Shown here in pieces: positions 10,843-20,610 of a stretch of 64,000 bases of DNA. Position 1 is the first letter of the stretch; each line of letters begins with the position of its first letter. The stretch spans positions 186,059 to 250,058 of the forward strand of contig CAVYYP010000013.1 in the NCBI GenBank assembly GCA_963772765.1. The letters run 5' to 3'. Position numbers and translations under genes: made by a program. This DNA comes from Candidatus Bathyarchaeota archaeon. Lineage in GTDB: Archaea > Thermoproteota > Bathyarchaeia > Bathyarchaeales > Bathyarchaeaceae. The notes beneath the pieces were generated by a model. It ran no database searches. It saw only the letters and a program-made list of their open reading frames with translations, and was not told the DNA's origin.

Positions 10843-11889
10843 ATAGTTAAATCTGAGCTTTCGAAGGAAGAGCTTGAGTATTATTCGCGTCAGATTGTAT
10901 TGGCGGAGTTGGGCTACAATGCTCAGCTTCTGTTGAAGAAGTCTAGGGCTTGTTTGTTGGGTGTTGGGGGTTTGGGTTCTCCTGCGGCTATGCAGTTGGC
11001 GGCTATGGGTGTTGGATATCTTCGTATTGTTGACAGGGATGTTGTGGAGTTGACTAATTTGCATCGTCAGCACCTCTATGGGGTTGATGATGTGGGCATT
11101 CCAAAGGTTGAAGCTGCCGCCAAGCGGTTACGGCAACTGAATCCCTACATCACAATCAAGCCGATGCCTGTCTCAGTGAATGAGACCAACGCAGAAGACA
11201 TTGTACGTGGCATGGATGTTGTTGTTGACGGCTTAGACAGCATGAAGGCACGATATGCTGTTAACAGGGCATGTGTGAAGCTTGGTGTTCCGTATGTTTT
11301 TGGTGCTGCAGTGGCAACTAATGGGAACGTGTCCACGATTGTTGCAGCCGAGACGGCGTGTCTTGAGTGTTTTTATGGTAACCTCGATGATAGTAAGCTG
11401 CCTAAATGTGGGGTTGTTGGGGTTCATCCCTCGTTGGTGAATATTATTGCGAGCCTAGAAGTCAGCGAGGCTATCAGGATACTTACGGGAAAGCAGCCTC
11501 GTTTATTGAACAAGCTTTTGTATTTTGATTTAGACGAACTAGAGTTTACTGAGGTTCAGGTTGCAAGGGTTGAGTCGTGTCCAGTCTGCGGAGACAATGC
11601 CTGCTCTAAGCCGATAGGTCATGAGCTGGTTGAGGATGTCTGCGGTCGAAACGGAAAGAGGGTTTTTGTTGTTGTTCCTGAGGGAATCTTGGATGTCGAC
11701 CTTTTGGAGGTTAAGGGTCGTTTGGTGAGGTTGGGTTTTTGTCTTCAAGCTGAGGGTGAGCTTGGGTTGACTGCTGTTTTGGGGGATGTTAAGGTGAGTG
11801 TTCTTGGGAGCGGTGTTGTTATTCTTGAAGGTCTCAAGGAGCGAGAGGATGCGCTTGAGTTTTTCCGTGATGTAATAGGGAATTGTTAG
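10843..11889 (+). CDS. ThiF/MoeB (E1-like) adenylyltransferase with C-terminal extension
   Basis: YSRQI motif upstream of the called TTG; GVGGLGS, DRDVVELTNLHRQ and CxxC...CPVC motifs; probable ATA start at 10843. Confidence 0.9.
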   Translation: MVKSELSKEELEYYSRQIVLAELGYNAQLLLKKSRACLLGVGGLGSPAAMQLAAMGVGYLRIVDRDVVELTNLHRQHLYGVDDVGIPKVEAAAKRLRQLNPYITIKPMPVSVNETNAEDIVRGMDVVVDGLDSMKARYAVNRACVKLGVPYVFGAAVATNGNVSTIVAAETACLECFYGNLDDSKLPKCGVVGVHPSLVNIIASLEVSEAIRILTGKQPRLLNKLLYFDLDELEFTEVQVARVESCPVCGDNACSKPIGHELVEDVCGRNGKRVFVVVPEGILDVDLLEVKGRLVRLGFCLQAEGELGLTAVLGDVKVSVLGSGVVILEGLKEREDALEFFRDVIGNC

Positions 11890-11906
11890 GCTTTTTCGTG
11901 CTGCTG

Positions 11907-12079
11907 ATTTTGTGAAAAATGACTGTTTTCAACATAGCACTGCTATTAGTATCCTATTAGGCTCCAAATATGATTGCAGCTAGCCTGCGAAAATGTTTCT
12001 TTGGCGTAAATTTTCTGAAAAAAGGTTGTTTTCAACAATGAAGTAATATTTGGATACTATTAGGAGTCTAATATGATTG
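11907..12079. repeat. Degenerate tandem duplication (two ~70-bp units, period ~103 bp) between convergent genes
   Basis: ATTTTGTGAAAAATGACTGTTTTCAACA...CTATTAGG...AATATGATTG vs ATTTTCTGAAAAAAGGTTGTTTTCAACA...CTATTAGG...AATATGATTG. Confidence 0.7.
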
Positions 12080-12087
12080 TGGTCGGT

Positions 12088-12903
12088 TTATGGCATGTAG
12101 AATTGGAAGATCAGTCTTACTCCTGCTATGATGGCGATTGCGAAGAGTATGGTTCGTATTGATTTTGCGTTTACTCGTTTTGTGAGGTGGCATCCGACTT
12201 GGGCTCCGATGATTGTGCCGATTGTTATTGGGATTGCGTAGTCAAGCAGTACGTTGTTTAGGAGTCCGTGGGTTATGACGCCGACTCCGTTTGTTAGTGC
12301 CATGGCGAATTCTGATGTAGCTACCGCGATGTGTGTTGGGACGCCTAGTAGTATCATGGATGTGACGTCTGTTATTCCGCCGCCGAGTCCTGCGAGTCCT
12401 GTTACTATTCCGCCCATGAAGCTACTTAGCATTGCGAGGGAGCGGCTGTGAAGATGATACGTGAATTTGTTGCCTTTGTGGTCGACTCCGTTTCTTGCCC
12501 ATTTTTTGGTTGTTTCTGGGTTTTCGCAACTGGTTTTTCGTTTGTTTCTTATCATGATGAAGGCGATGAAGAGTACGAAGATGCCGCAGATGCCTGCAAG
12601 TATGTTCTGTGGCAAGATTGTGGTGACAAATGCGCCTAGGACTATTCCGGGAATGTCTAGTACGTCGTATAGTAGTCCAAGTTTGTAGTCGATTTGTTTG
12701 TGTCTGACGTATCCGACCGTTGCTGAGACTGTTGTGCCAAGGATAGCAACTAGGCTTATGGCTATGGCATTGTTTGCTGGCACCCCAAAGAGTACGATGA
12801 GGGCGGGAACTATGATGACTCCGCCTCCAAGACCAACCATCGAAGAAGGCACGCCAACAGCAAAGCCCAAAACAAACACAAGAACAACAGTAATAATGTC
12901 CAT
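12088..12903 (-). CDS. TauE/SafE-family sulfite exporter-like permease
   Basis: Duplicated GLGGG motifs, about 8 TM helices, AVATS motif. Confidence 0.88.
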   Translation of the reverse strand: MDIITVVLVFVLGFAVGVPSSMVGLGGGVIIVPALIVLFGVPANNAIAISLVAILGTTVSATVGYVRHKQIDYKLGLLYDVLDIPGIVLGAFVTTILPQNILAGICGIFVLFIAFIMIRNKRKTSCENPETTKKWARNGVDHKGNKFTYHLHSRSLAMLSSFMGGIVTGLAGLGGGITDVTSMILLGVPTHIAVATSEFAMALTNGVGVITHGLLNNVLLDYAIPITIGTIIGAQVGCHLTKRVNAKSIRTILFAIAIIAGVRLIFQFYMP

Positions 12904-13358
12904 CGGTAATCAATGCCGAAAAAACAAACAACACGATTTAAAGATTACTAAAAAATAAAAATTCACTAAATTCTTAAATGTGAAGTGAACAACAAAAATC
13001 TCTGTGTATATGAAAAACAGCAAAATGCTGATGCTATTTCCATGGGTGAGAAAATAGCTGAATGTGATATTCATAGAACTAAACTCTAGAAAAATTTGAG
13101 TCTAAGAATAGAGGCTACATGTTATGAAAACAATCCAAAATGTGCATATTAATACAAAAAGCATACAAAAATATCTTTTATCATATTTGTATATACACAA
13201 TAAGATTTGTTTACTCAAAAAATAATAAAGATAAAAAGCAATAGGATATAGATGATAAAACGTGGGGGACGTAATTATCGATGTATTCAACTACACCATA
13301 TGGGGCTTTGATTTTCTTAATTACAATTACCCTGAATTGGTTGTGTGGTGCTTTGGCA

Positions 13359-14249
13359 TTATTTGCGTTTTCTGAGTTTTCTGACTAGGAATAGTACGAA
13401 GCCGAACCAGAATAGTAGTAGTCCGCCGATGATGAATATGAATGGGAATAGGATGCTTACGAGTTCGACTGGAAGCGTGACGTAGTGTAGAAGTAAGCCG
13501 TTTATTCCCAGAACGGTTCCTATAATTCCGAACAGGAGAAGAGGTCTAACGTCAAACATTAGCCGTACAGTGGTTCCAAGTATTCTTCCGCCATCCTTTA
13601 TCGGATGAAGCTTTGTCTCGCCGACCCTTGGCATGTAACTGATTGGCACTTCTTGTATTCTTGCGCCAGCGGAACGGGCTTCTGCCAGCATCTCCATAGC
13701 CAAAGGCATACCCACTGCAACCAAATTCATGCTGTCTAGGAGTTCAGATTTGAAGGCTCTCATGCCGCTCTGAGTGTCAAAAACGTTAAGCCCCAAAGCC
13801 AACTTTGCAACTAGAGAAAGTACTCTGTTTCCAATCATGTTAATGAAAGGCATTGCTCCTTTTTGCATTCCTGCAAATCTGTTGCCTAGGACCATGTCTG
13901 CTTCATCTTTCAAAACAGGTGCAACAAGGGACGGAATGTATTTTGGGTCATAGGTCATGTCGGCGTCCAGCATGACAAGCACTTTAGCGCCTAGCCGTTT
14001 TCGTGCATAATAAAAGCCAGTTTTCAGGGCATTTCCGTAGCCTTTGCCCCGCTGATAGATGACAATGGCGCCCATGTCTTTGGCAATCTTGTCTGTGCCG
14101 TCAGTGGAATGTCCATCTACAACTACCATTTGACAGTCGTAGCCTTCCATGGCAGATTTTACAGCAGCCAACACTTTTCCCACAGCTTCACACTCATTCA
14201 ACGTGGGAATAACAACAGCAATTCTTTTTGCAGAACGTTTAGTCTCTAT
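13359..14249 (-). CDS. GT2 glycosyltransferase (dolichol-phosphate mannosyltransferase-like) with two C-terminal TM helices
   Basis: IAVVIPTLNE lies upstream of the called start; VVDGHSTDGT, DAD and DTQSG motifs; probable ATA start at 14249. Confidence 0.9.
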   Translation of the reverse strand: METKRSAKRIAVVIPTLNECEAVGKVLAAVKSAMEGYDCQMVVVDGHSTDGTDKIAKDMGAIVIYQRGKGYGNALKTGFYYARKRLGAKVLVMLDADMTYDPKYIPSLVAPVLKDEADMVLGNRFAGMQKGAMPFINMIGNRVLSLVAKLALGLNVFDTQSGMRAFKSELLDSMNLVAVGMPLAMEMLAEARSAGARIQEVPISYMPRVGETKLHPIKDGGRILGTTVRLMFDVRPLLLFGIIGTVLGINGLLLHYVTLPVELVSILFPFIFIIGGLLLFWFGFVLFLVRKLRKRK

Positions 14250-14597
14250 GACTCATTCCTCACACATACTACTCTGAACAGGTAGTCACTCGTTATCCAA
14301 CAATTTAAAAGAATTCCTAAATAAGTGGTGTGGGAAACAGGGGTCAAATGCTAATTTACAGCTCAAAAACAAAAAAATGAAAAAATAAGAAAACAATATT
14401 GTAATTTTGTACATATAATTACAGAAAATGATAATGATTAACTTGTAAATAACTCAATCTCGCTTAGAAGTGAAAAGATTGAAACATAATAAATATAAGT
14501 AGCCCCAAGTAACGGCAACAAACATAAAACAAGCTCTTGGGATGCGATAGCCTGTTTCTATCAATGTTTCAGCTTGTTTTATTTGGAGAAATTTATA

Positions 14598-15924
14598 GTG
14601 ACTTTAGAAAACCCCGTAAAACTTAGCCAATACCAAAAATCCATCGCAAAAAAAGTAAGTAAATACACAACAGAAGGAAACTGGAAAGACTACAAGTGGC
14701 AATTGAAGCATTTAATAAAAGATGTAGCTACTTTCGAAAAATTAACTGGAATAACATTCACAGACAAAGAACACAAAGAATTTGAAAAAATTGTCGACAA
14801 ATTTCCAATGAGCATCACACCATATTTTGCATCGTTAATAGATAAAGAAAACTACAGAAACGACCCAATATTCAAGCAAGCGTTCCCTAACCCTGCAGAA
14901 CTAAATATGTCAAGATATGACATGTCAGACCCTTTACATGAAGACAAAGACAGCCCTGTAGAAGGAATTACCCACAGGTACCCAGACAGAGTGCTTTTTT
15001 TGGTCAGCAACCGATGCTCCATGTACTGCAGACATTGCACCCGCAAAAGAAAAGTTGGAGACTCCAACCATATTCCTTCAAAGGAACAAATACTCAAAGG
15101 AATCGAACTACATCAAAACTAATCGTCAAGTCCGAGACGTCCTGCTTTCAGGCGGCGATCCACTAATGCTACCTGACGAGTACCTTGAGTGGATACTGAC
15201 TGAATTAAGAAAAATTCCGCATGTTGAAATAATAAGAATCGGCTCAAGGGTACCTGTTGTTCTTCCGTATAGGATAACTTATTCACTTGTCGAAATGCTA
15301 AAGAAACATCATCCAATATGGCTAAATACGCATTTTAATCATCCAAGAGAGCTTACACATTCGGCACGAGAAGCGCTTCGAAGACTGGCAGATGCCGGGA
15401 TTCCGCTGGGGAATCAGTCTGTGTTACTTGCAGGCGTAAATGATTGCCCACGGATCATGAAAAAGCTCAACCAAAAGCTTGTGCAAAACCGAGTGCGACC
15501 ATATTATTTGTTCCAATGTGACCTTTCTGAAGGGCTTTCACATTTTAGGACACCTATCGGAAAAGGTATCGAGATTGTAGAGAGTCTTGTGGGGCATACC
15601 TCTGGTCTTGCAGTGCCTACATATGTGATAGATGCTCCAGGCGGGGGCGGAAAAATCCCAATTATGCCAAATTATCTTATTTCGTATTCCACAAACAAAG
15701 TTGTCTTAAGAAATTACGAAGGAATAATAACCACCTATCATGAACCCGACAGCTATGAACCCGTCTTCTGTGAACGAAACTGTGACGAATGCGCTCTACT
15801 ACTGAAATTAGATGAAGCCGATGAAACAAAAGCAATAGGCATAGAAAAACTACTGACAGACAGTGACAGCGAAACATCCCTAATACCCAATGGAAACCCA
15901 AGATTGGAACGAAGAAACCAATAG
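14598..15924 (+). CDS. kamA: Lysine 2,3-aminomutase (radical SAM, AblA/KamA type; +1 frameshift near 15108)
   Basis: [33 protein letters not shown] and [10 protein letters not shown] motifs across two overlapping ORFs. Confidence 0.93.
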
Positions 15925-15947
15925 AACCAGTTTATCATGTGTTTTCA

Positions 15948-16463
15948 ATGTCAAACAAAGAAGACGGTTTGGACTTCAAGATAAGAAAAGTAAAGGTGGA
16001 AGACATTAAAGAAGTCTACAAGTTGCTTTTGGACAATCGACCATATGTTGGCTTGAATTCTCGCTACACCTATTTTCTTTTGGCAAGAGACTTTTCAGAC
16101 ACTTGCGTTGTAACTGAACATGATGGCAAAATAATCGGCTTTTCATCAGGTTACATATCCCAGTCTAGGACAGACACGTTTTTCAATTGGGAAACAGTTG
16201 TTCACCAAGGTTACCGAGGAAATAACCTACAAAAACAAATGCTGTTGCATCAAATCAGAAATACAAACGTAAAATATTTTGAAGGAACAGTAAACCCATC
16301 AAATAAAATATCTGAAAAAAATTTCTTTGACCTAGCCGAATTATTAGATACCAAATGCCAAAAAAAAGTCCTGTTTAAAGAAGAAGACTTTGAAAACGAT
16401 GGACATGAAGCCGAAATCCTCTGCAGAATTGGACCAATACCCAAAAACAAACTACAAGAATAA
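15948..16463 (+). CDS. GNAT acetyltransferase resembling diaminobutyrate acetyltransferase EctA
   Basis: LNSRYTYFLLARDFSDTCVV...GFSSGY...DTFFNW...HEAEILCRIGP matches the EctA pattern LNSxYxYLL...F..TCVV...DTLFVWQ...HE.E.L.RIGP. Confidence 0.8.
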   Translation: MSNKEDGLDFKIRKVKVEDIKEVYKLLLDNRPYVGLNSRYTYFLLARDFSDTCVVTEHDGKIIGFSSGYISQSRTDTFFNWETVVHQGYRGNNLQKQMLLHQIRNTNVKYFEGTVNPSNKISEKNFFDLAELLDTKCQKKVLFKEEDFENDGHEAEILCRIGPIPKNKLQE

Positions 16464-16551
16464 TGGTGCGGGGAGTGGGATTCGAACCCACGAACCCCTA
16501 CGGGACAGGCTCCTGAAGCCTGCGCCTTTGACCTGGCTCGGCGACCCCCGC
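16464..16551 (-). tRNA. tRNA-Leu(CAG)
   Basis: GCGGGGGTCGCCGAGCCAGGTCAAAGGCGCAGGCTTCAGGAGCCTG...GTTCGAATCCCACTCCCCGCACCA; long variable arm, encoded CCA. Confidence 0.96.
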
Positions 16552-16650
16552 ATGTTCTTTGTTTGAGAAAATCAAATCTTCCTTAAGTGTCTTTTCGCTT
16601 AAATTCTAGTACCCCTAAAATGAGATGTGACTGGACAGGCGTGAAAAAGG

Positions 16651-17460
16651 ATGACAGACTGGCAGAAGATAATAATTGAATGCTCACAAAAGATGAGAAA
16701 AGCAGCCTGCAGATATTATGGTACACCAAAAGCCGCCACAGGCTTTGGAGTAGGAGCAGGCGGAGACACATCAAAAAGAATCGACCTAGCCGCAGAAAAA
16801 GCCCTGATAGACTGCCTAGGCAAATACGAAGTCTCGTGCACTCTTGTCAGCGAAGAGGCAGGAACAAAAAAGATAGGAAACATAGAATCAGAATACTACA
16901 TTGTAACTGACCCAGTGGACGGCACAACCAACGCTGTACATGGATTGCCCTTCTGCGCAAATGTTGTTGCAGTAGCAAAAGGACCAAATCTAAAAGACGT
17001 GGAGTACGCGATTGTCTCTGACATCATCCACAACGTAACATACACTGCCCAGAAAGGCAAGGGCGCATTCAAGAACGGAGAAAAAATCGAACCATCCAAA
17101 ACAACGGACATTGCCGATGCTGTGATTGGCGTTGACATGAACACCTTCAGAATAGAAGAACATTCGGCAAAGCTGCAAAAACTCTTCAAAGCAGGCAAAC
17201 ATTTTAGGCATTTTGGGGCAAACGCACAAGAAATCTGCTACGTCGCAGACGGCTCAACAGACGCCTTCATTGACATAAGAGGAAAACTAAGAGTAACAGA
17301 CATGGTCGCCTCGTACCTGATACTCAGAGAAGCAGGCGGAATCATCCAAACACCCGAAGGAACAGAACTAGACGCGCCCCTAGAAGCAACATCACGACTA
17401 TCATTCATCTCAGCAGCAAACAAGACATTGTACGAAAAAATCAAAGAACTCCTAGAGTAG
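16651..17460 (+). CDS. Inositol monophosphatase / FBPase (class IV)
   Basis: SEE and DPVDGTTN motifs. Confidence 0.92.
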   Translation: MTDWQKIIIECSQKMRKAACRYYGTPKAATGFGVGAGGDTSKRIDLAAEKALIDCLGKYEVSCTLVSEEAGTKKIGNIESEYYIVTDPVDGTTNAVHGLPFCANVVAVAKGPNLKDVEYAIVSDIIHNVTYTAQKGKGAFKNGEKIEPSKTTDIADAVIGVDMNTFRIEEHSAKLQKLFKAGKHFRHFGANAQEICYVADGSTDAFIDIRGKLRVTDMVASYLILREAGGIIQTPEGTELDAPLEATSRLSFISAANKTLYEKIKELLE

Positions 17461-17503
17461 TCCAGTTTTTAACAGAGTAACACAGAAATAATTCTGATAT
17501 ACC

Positions 17504-18349
17504 TTGACATCAATAAAGCCAGTTCCCCCATATCCAGCTCTTCTACTACAAAAAAACAATGATAGAGCAGTTGTGGTTGCTGACCTTCACATAGGCTGGG
17601 AACGGCTACTAAGCCAAAAGGGAATCCATCTTCCATCCCAGACACCAAAACTAAAACACCTACTGCTTAAGCTGATAAAAGAAACAAAACCTACACATCT
17701 GATACTTTTAGGCGACCTAAAAGACGCCATAACCAACCTATCGATGGAAGAGTGGAAGGACATCCCAGAATTTTTCGAAGACATACAACAAAAAGTTCCA
17801 GAAATGCAGGTAATCATCGGAAACCACGACGGAAACATCGAACCCCTAATGCCAGAAAAAACAAAAATCGTACCCGCATCAGGCACAACCTTCGGAGACG
17901 TAGGACTATTCCACGGACACGCATGGCCAGCACCCGAACTGCTAGCATGCAAAACCCTAATCACAGGACACATCCACCCAACAGTAGCCATAAGAGACCC
18001 AATGGGCTTTCGGATGACAAAACAGGTCATCGCAAAAGCAGAATGCAACAGCAAACAACTAGCAAAAAAGCTGCTAAACAATCTGGGAACAAAAACAGAC
18101 AACATCCCCAAGACCCTAAAAGAACAATATAACGTAGAACTTGCGGTCTCACATCTTTTCATACTACCATCCTTCAACCAGTTTCTTGGAGGCAGACCCA
18201 TAAACGAAAAAAGAAAAACAAAAAAGAAGACCGAACCGTACATAGGTCCAATTTTGCGGTCAGGCTGCATAAACATGGACACAGCAGAGGTGTATCTACT
18301 TGACGGAACATTTCTGGGAACAGTTAAGCAACTAAAAACGTTGAGTTAA
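17504..18349 (+). CDS. Calcineurin-like metallophosphoesterase
   Basis: DLH, GD, GNHD, HGH and GHIHP motifs. Confidence 0.9.
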   Translation: MTSIKPVPPYPALLLQKNNDRAVVVADLHIGWERLLSQKGIHLPSQTPKLKHLLLKLIKETKPTHLILLGDLKDAITNLSMEEWKDIPEFFEDIQQKVPEMQVIIGNHDGNIEPLMPEKTKIVPASGTTFGDVGLFHGHAWPAPELLACKTLITGHIHPTVAIRDPMGFRMTKQVIAKAECNSKQLAKKLLNNLGTKTDNIPKTLKEQYNVELAVSHLFILPSFNQFLGGRPINEKRKTKKKTEPYIGPILRSGCINMDTAEVYLLDGTFLGTVKQLKTLS

Positions 18350-18411
18350 GCATTGTTTTAGAAAAGTTTTAATCAATTTCTAGACGTACTTAACAGTGAA
18401 GGTGAAAACAT

Positions 18412-19032
18412 TTGTCAGGAGACGATATGCCAGAATGGTTTAAGAAAAGAAGAAGACGAAACCCATTTTTTGGAAACTGGTTTTTTGGCGACATAGACAA
18501 CATGATGAGAGAAATGGAAGAGATGATGGAACGCGAATTCAACGAATTCAAAACAAAAATACCAGAAGACCTAAAACGCGAAAGAAAACTTCCTGACGGC
18601 TCAACAATACCAGAATGGGGACCTTTCGTTTACGGCTACAGCATGACCATAGGACCAGACGGAAAACCGAAAATAAGAGAATTCGGCAACGTCAAGCCCT
18701 CAAACGACCCAGAATCATGCGGACTGGACCAGCCATGCATCGACGTAAAAGAAGAAAGAGAACCACTAGTGGACATAGTTGACACGGACGGAGAAATAAA
18801 AGTCATAGTAGAACTGCCCGGAGTTGAAAAAGAAAAAATCAAACTCTCAGGAACAGAAGACAAACTAACAATCTCAGTCGATGACCCCGATCGCAAATAC
18901 TACAAAGAAATTGACATTCCAGCAAAAGTAGCGCCCAAAAAAGCCAAAACAACATACAAAAACGGAGTCCTAGAAGTCACCATACCCAAAATAGAAGAGA
19001 AGCAGAAAAAAGAAGAAATAAAAATCGAGTAA
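18412..19032 (+). CDS. Small heat-shock protein Hsp20
   Basis: GPFVYGYSMTIGPDGKP...ELPGVEKE...YKNGVLEV. Confidence 0.93.
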   Translation: MSGDDMPEWFKKRRRRNPFFGNWFFGDIDNMMREMEEMMEREFNEFKTKIPEDLKRERKLPDGSTIPEWGPFVYGYSMTIGPDGKPKIREFGNVKPSNDPESCGLDQPCIDVKEEREPLVDIVDTDGEIKVIVELPGVEKEKIKLSGTEDKLTISVDDPDRKYYKEIDIPAKVAPKKAKTTYKNGVLEVTIPKIEEKQKKEEIKIE

Positions 19033-19081
19033 TATTCCAACAGAAGTGGCGCTTTCACTCAGAACAAGGACGAATAAGACA

Positions 19082-19492
19082 ATGAGGACAACAAAAGAAA
19101 ACAAGGTGCTAGAGCAGATCTGCAGAGAAGCAAAAGTCCAAGGCAAACTAACTGACAGCCAAAGAAAACAGCTTTCGAAAGCGCTTGGCTCACGATTCAC
19201 CAAAGCATGGGACGCAGTAAAGGAAGAAAGAGTCAAAAAATACATTTTTAGCCCAAGTGGCAGAATTGTCTGGATAGTGGTAGGCAGAGAAAGAGAATAC
19301 CAGATAATGCCAGCCGCAGAATTCTGTTCCTGCGACGACTTCTACTTCAGGGTAATGGACAGAGAAGCAAACATCTGCTATCACCTTGTTGCACAGAAAA
19401 TTGCGGATGCGTTAGGGGAGTATGACAAGATAGAGGAAGGAGACAGGCTCTACGAGTGCCTCATGGAAGAGTGGAAGAAGGTCACAGCTTAA
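19082..19492 (+). CDS. SWIM zinc-finger protein
   Basis: CSCDDF...CYH motif; WIVVG. Confidence 0.85.
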   Translation: MRTTKENKVLEQICREAKVQGKLTDSQRKQLSKALGSRFTKAWDAVKEERVKKYIFSPSGRIVWIVVGREREYQIMPAAEFCSCDDFYFRVMDREANICYHLVAQKIADALGEYDKIEEGDRLYECLMEEWKKVTA

Positions 19493-19531
19493 ATATAGCA
19501 CATTCAAATAGTAAGCGAAGGAGAGGTTTAG

Positions 19532-19657
19532 ATGACAACGGACGCATACTTCGCATGGGTTCTAATTATCTTATCAACCATGATTTTTGTAGCATTAGTT
19601 CTAGGCTTCCTTTACATGGTATACGGAAAAGAAGACACCGAAGACGAAGAAGAATAA
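19532..19657 (+). CDS. 41-aa single-pass membrane protein with an acidic tail (below the ORF-track cutoff)
   Basis: GGAGAGG SD, then MTTDAYFAWVLIILSTMIFVALVLGFLYMVYGKEDTEDEEE*. Confidence 0.7.
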   Translation: MTTDAYFAWVLIILSTMIFVALVLGFLYMVYGKEDTEDEEE

Positions 19658-19797
19658 ACACAAAATTCTTTCATATAGTCCTTCTTCGCTTCAATAAACA
19701 AGTTTAAGCCAAAAACAGTTAAAACGCTAAAACATGTAGACCACACCACAAACAGGCAATGTCCTGCAAAGGCGAACAAGCTGCATAGTGAAGCAAT

Positions 19798-20607
19798 ATG
19801 GGTTTAAACGAAATCATTAACCAAATTCTATCCTCGCGCCCAGACATCAAACGAGAAGAAATCATGCAAATGATCAAAACCAAAAAACAGGGCGCAGCAA
19901 ACTTTCTAACTGACGAAACAGCAGCGCGCATCGTAGCAACAGATATGGGAATAGAAATCGCCAAAAAAGCCCCTCAGCTCAAAATCCAGATAAAAGACCT
20001 TATCTCAGGACTAAATGATGTGTCCCTGTCAGGGCAGGTGATGTCTGTTTATCCGCCTAAAACATTCAAACGAAGAGACTGGACAGAAGGAAGACTTGCC
20101 AGCATACTTGTTTCAGACAAAACAGGAACCCTAAGAGTAGTTCTCTGGGACAACAAAGCCGACATAATCGAAAAAGGAAAGATACAGCAAGAACAGATCA
20201 TCAAAATTTCTCACGCATACGTGCGCGAGGGACAGGATGGAAACCCTGAACTGCATCTAGGAGACAAAGGAAACATCAAAATCGTCTCCGACATAACAAG
20301 AAATTTGACAGAAATAACACAGCCAGGTGGTCCAATAACAGTCCAAGGAACAATCTCCACAACCCCAGAATTCAGGGAAGTCACAACATCAAAAAACGAA
20401 CAGGTCAAGGTTGCATCCTTTGAGTTAAGCGACAAAACAGGCAAAATCAATGTTACAGCCTGGAGAAACAATGCACAAGCTGTCAAAGACTTGACTGTTG
20501 GCACTAAAATAAAGATGCAAAACATTTACGCCAAGAAAGGACATAAAGGCGACATAGAATTGTCTTCTCGTTACTCCACAATAATAGAAGTAATGACAGA
20601 CGAGTAG
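19798..20607 (+). CDS. RPA/SSB-like protein (helical N-domain plus two OB folds)
   Basis: Two repeats of the DKTG.(L/I)...W OB-fold motif. Confidence 0.88.
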   Translation: MGLNEIINQILSSRPDIKREEIMQMIKTKKQGAANFLTDETAARIVATDMGIEIAKKAPQLKIQIKDLISGLNDVSLSGQVMSVYPPKTFKRRDWTEGRLASILVSDKTGTLRVVLWDNKADIIEKGKIQQEQIIKISHAYVREGQDGNPELHLGDKGNIKIVSDITRNLTEITQPGGPITVQGTISTTPEFREVTTSKNEQVKVASFELSDKTGKINVTAWRNNAQAVKDLTVGTKIKMQNIYAKKGHKGDIELSSRYSTIIEVMTDE

Positions 20608-20610
20608 ATG

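Noticed and set aside
13102-13290. 62-aa minus-strand ORF in AT-rich DNA
   Set aside because: Low-complexity F/Y/I-rich translation of AT-rich intergenic DNA with no SD or recognisable motif.
14331-14344. GGAAACAGGGGT as a second-origin ORB
   Set aside because: Single copy lacking the TTCCA half and the correct spacing; better explained as part of a decayed tRNA-3'-end copy.
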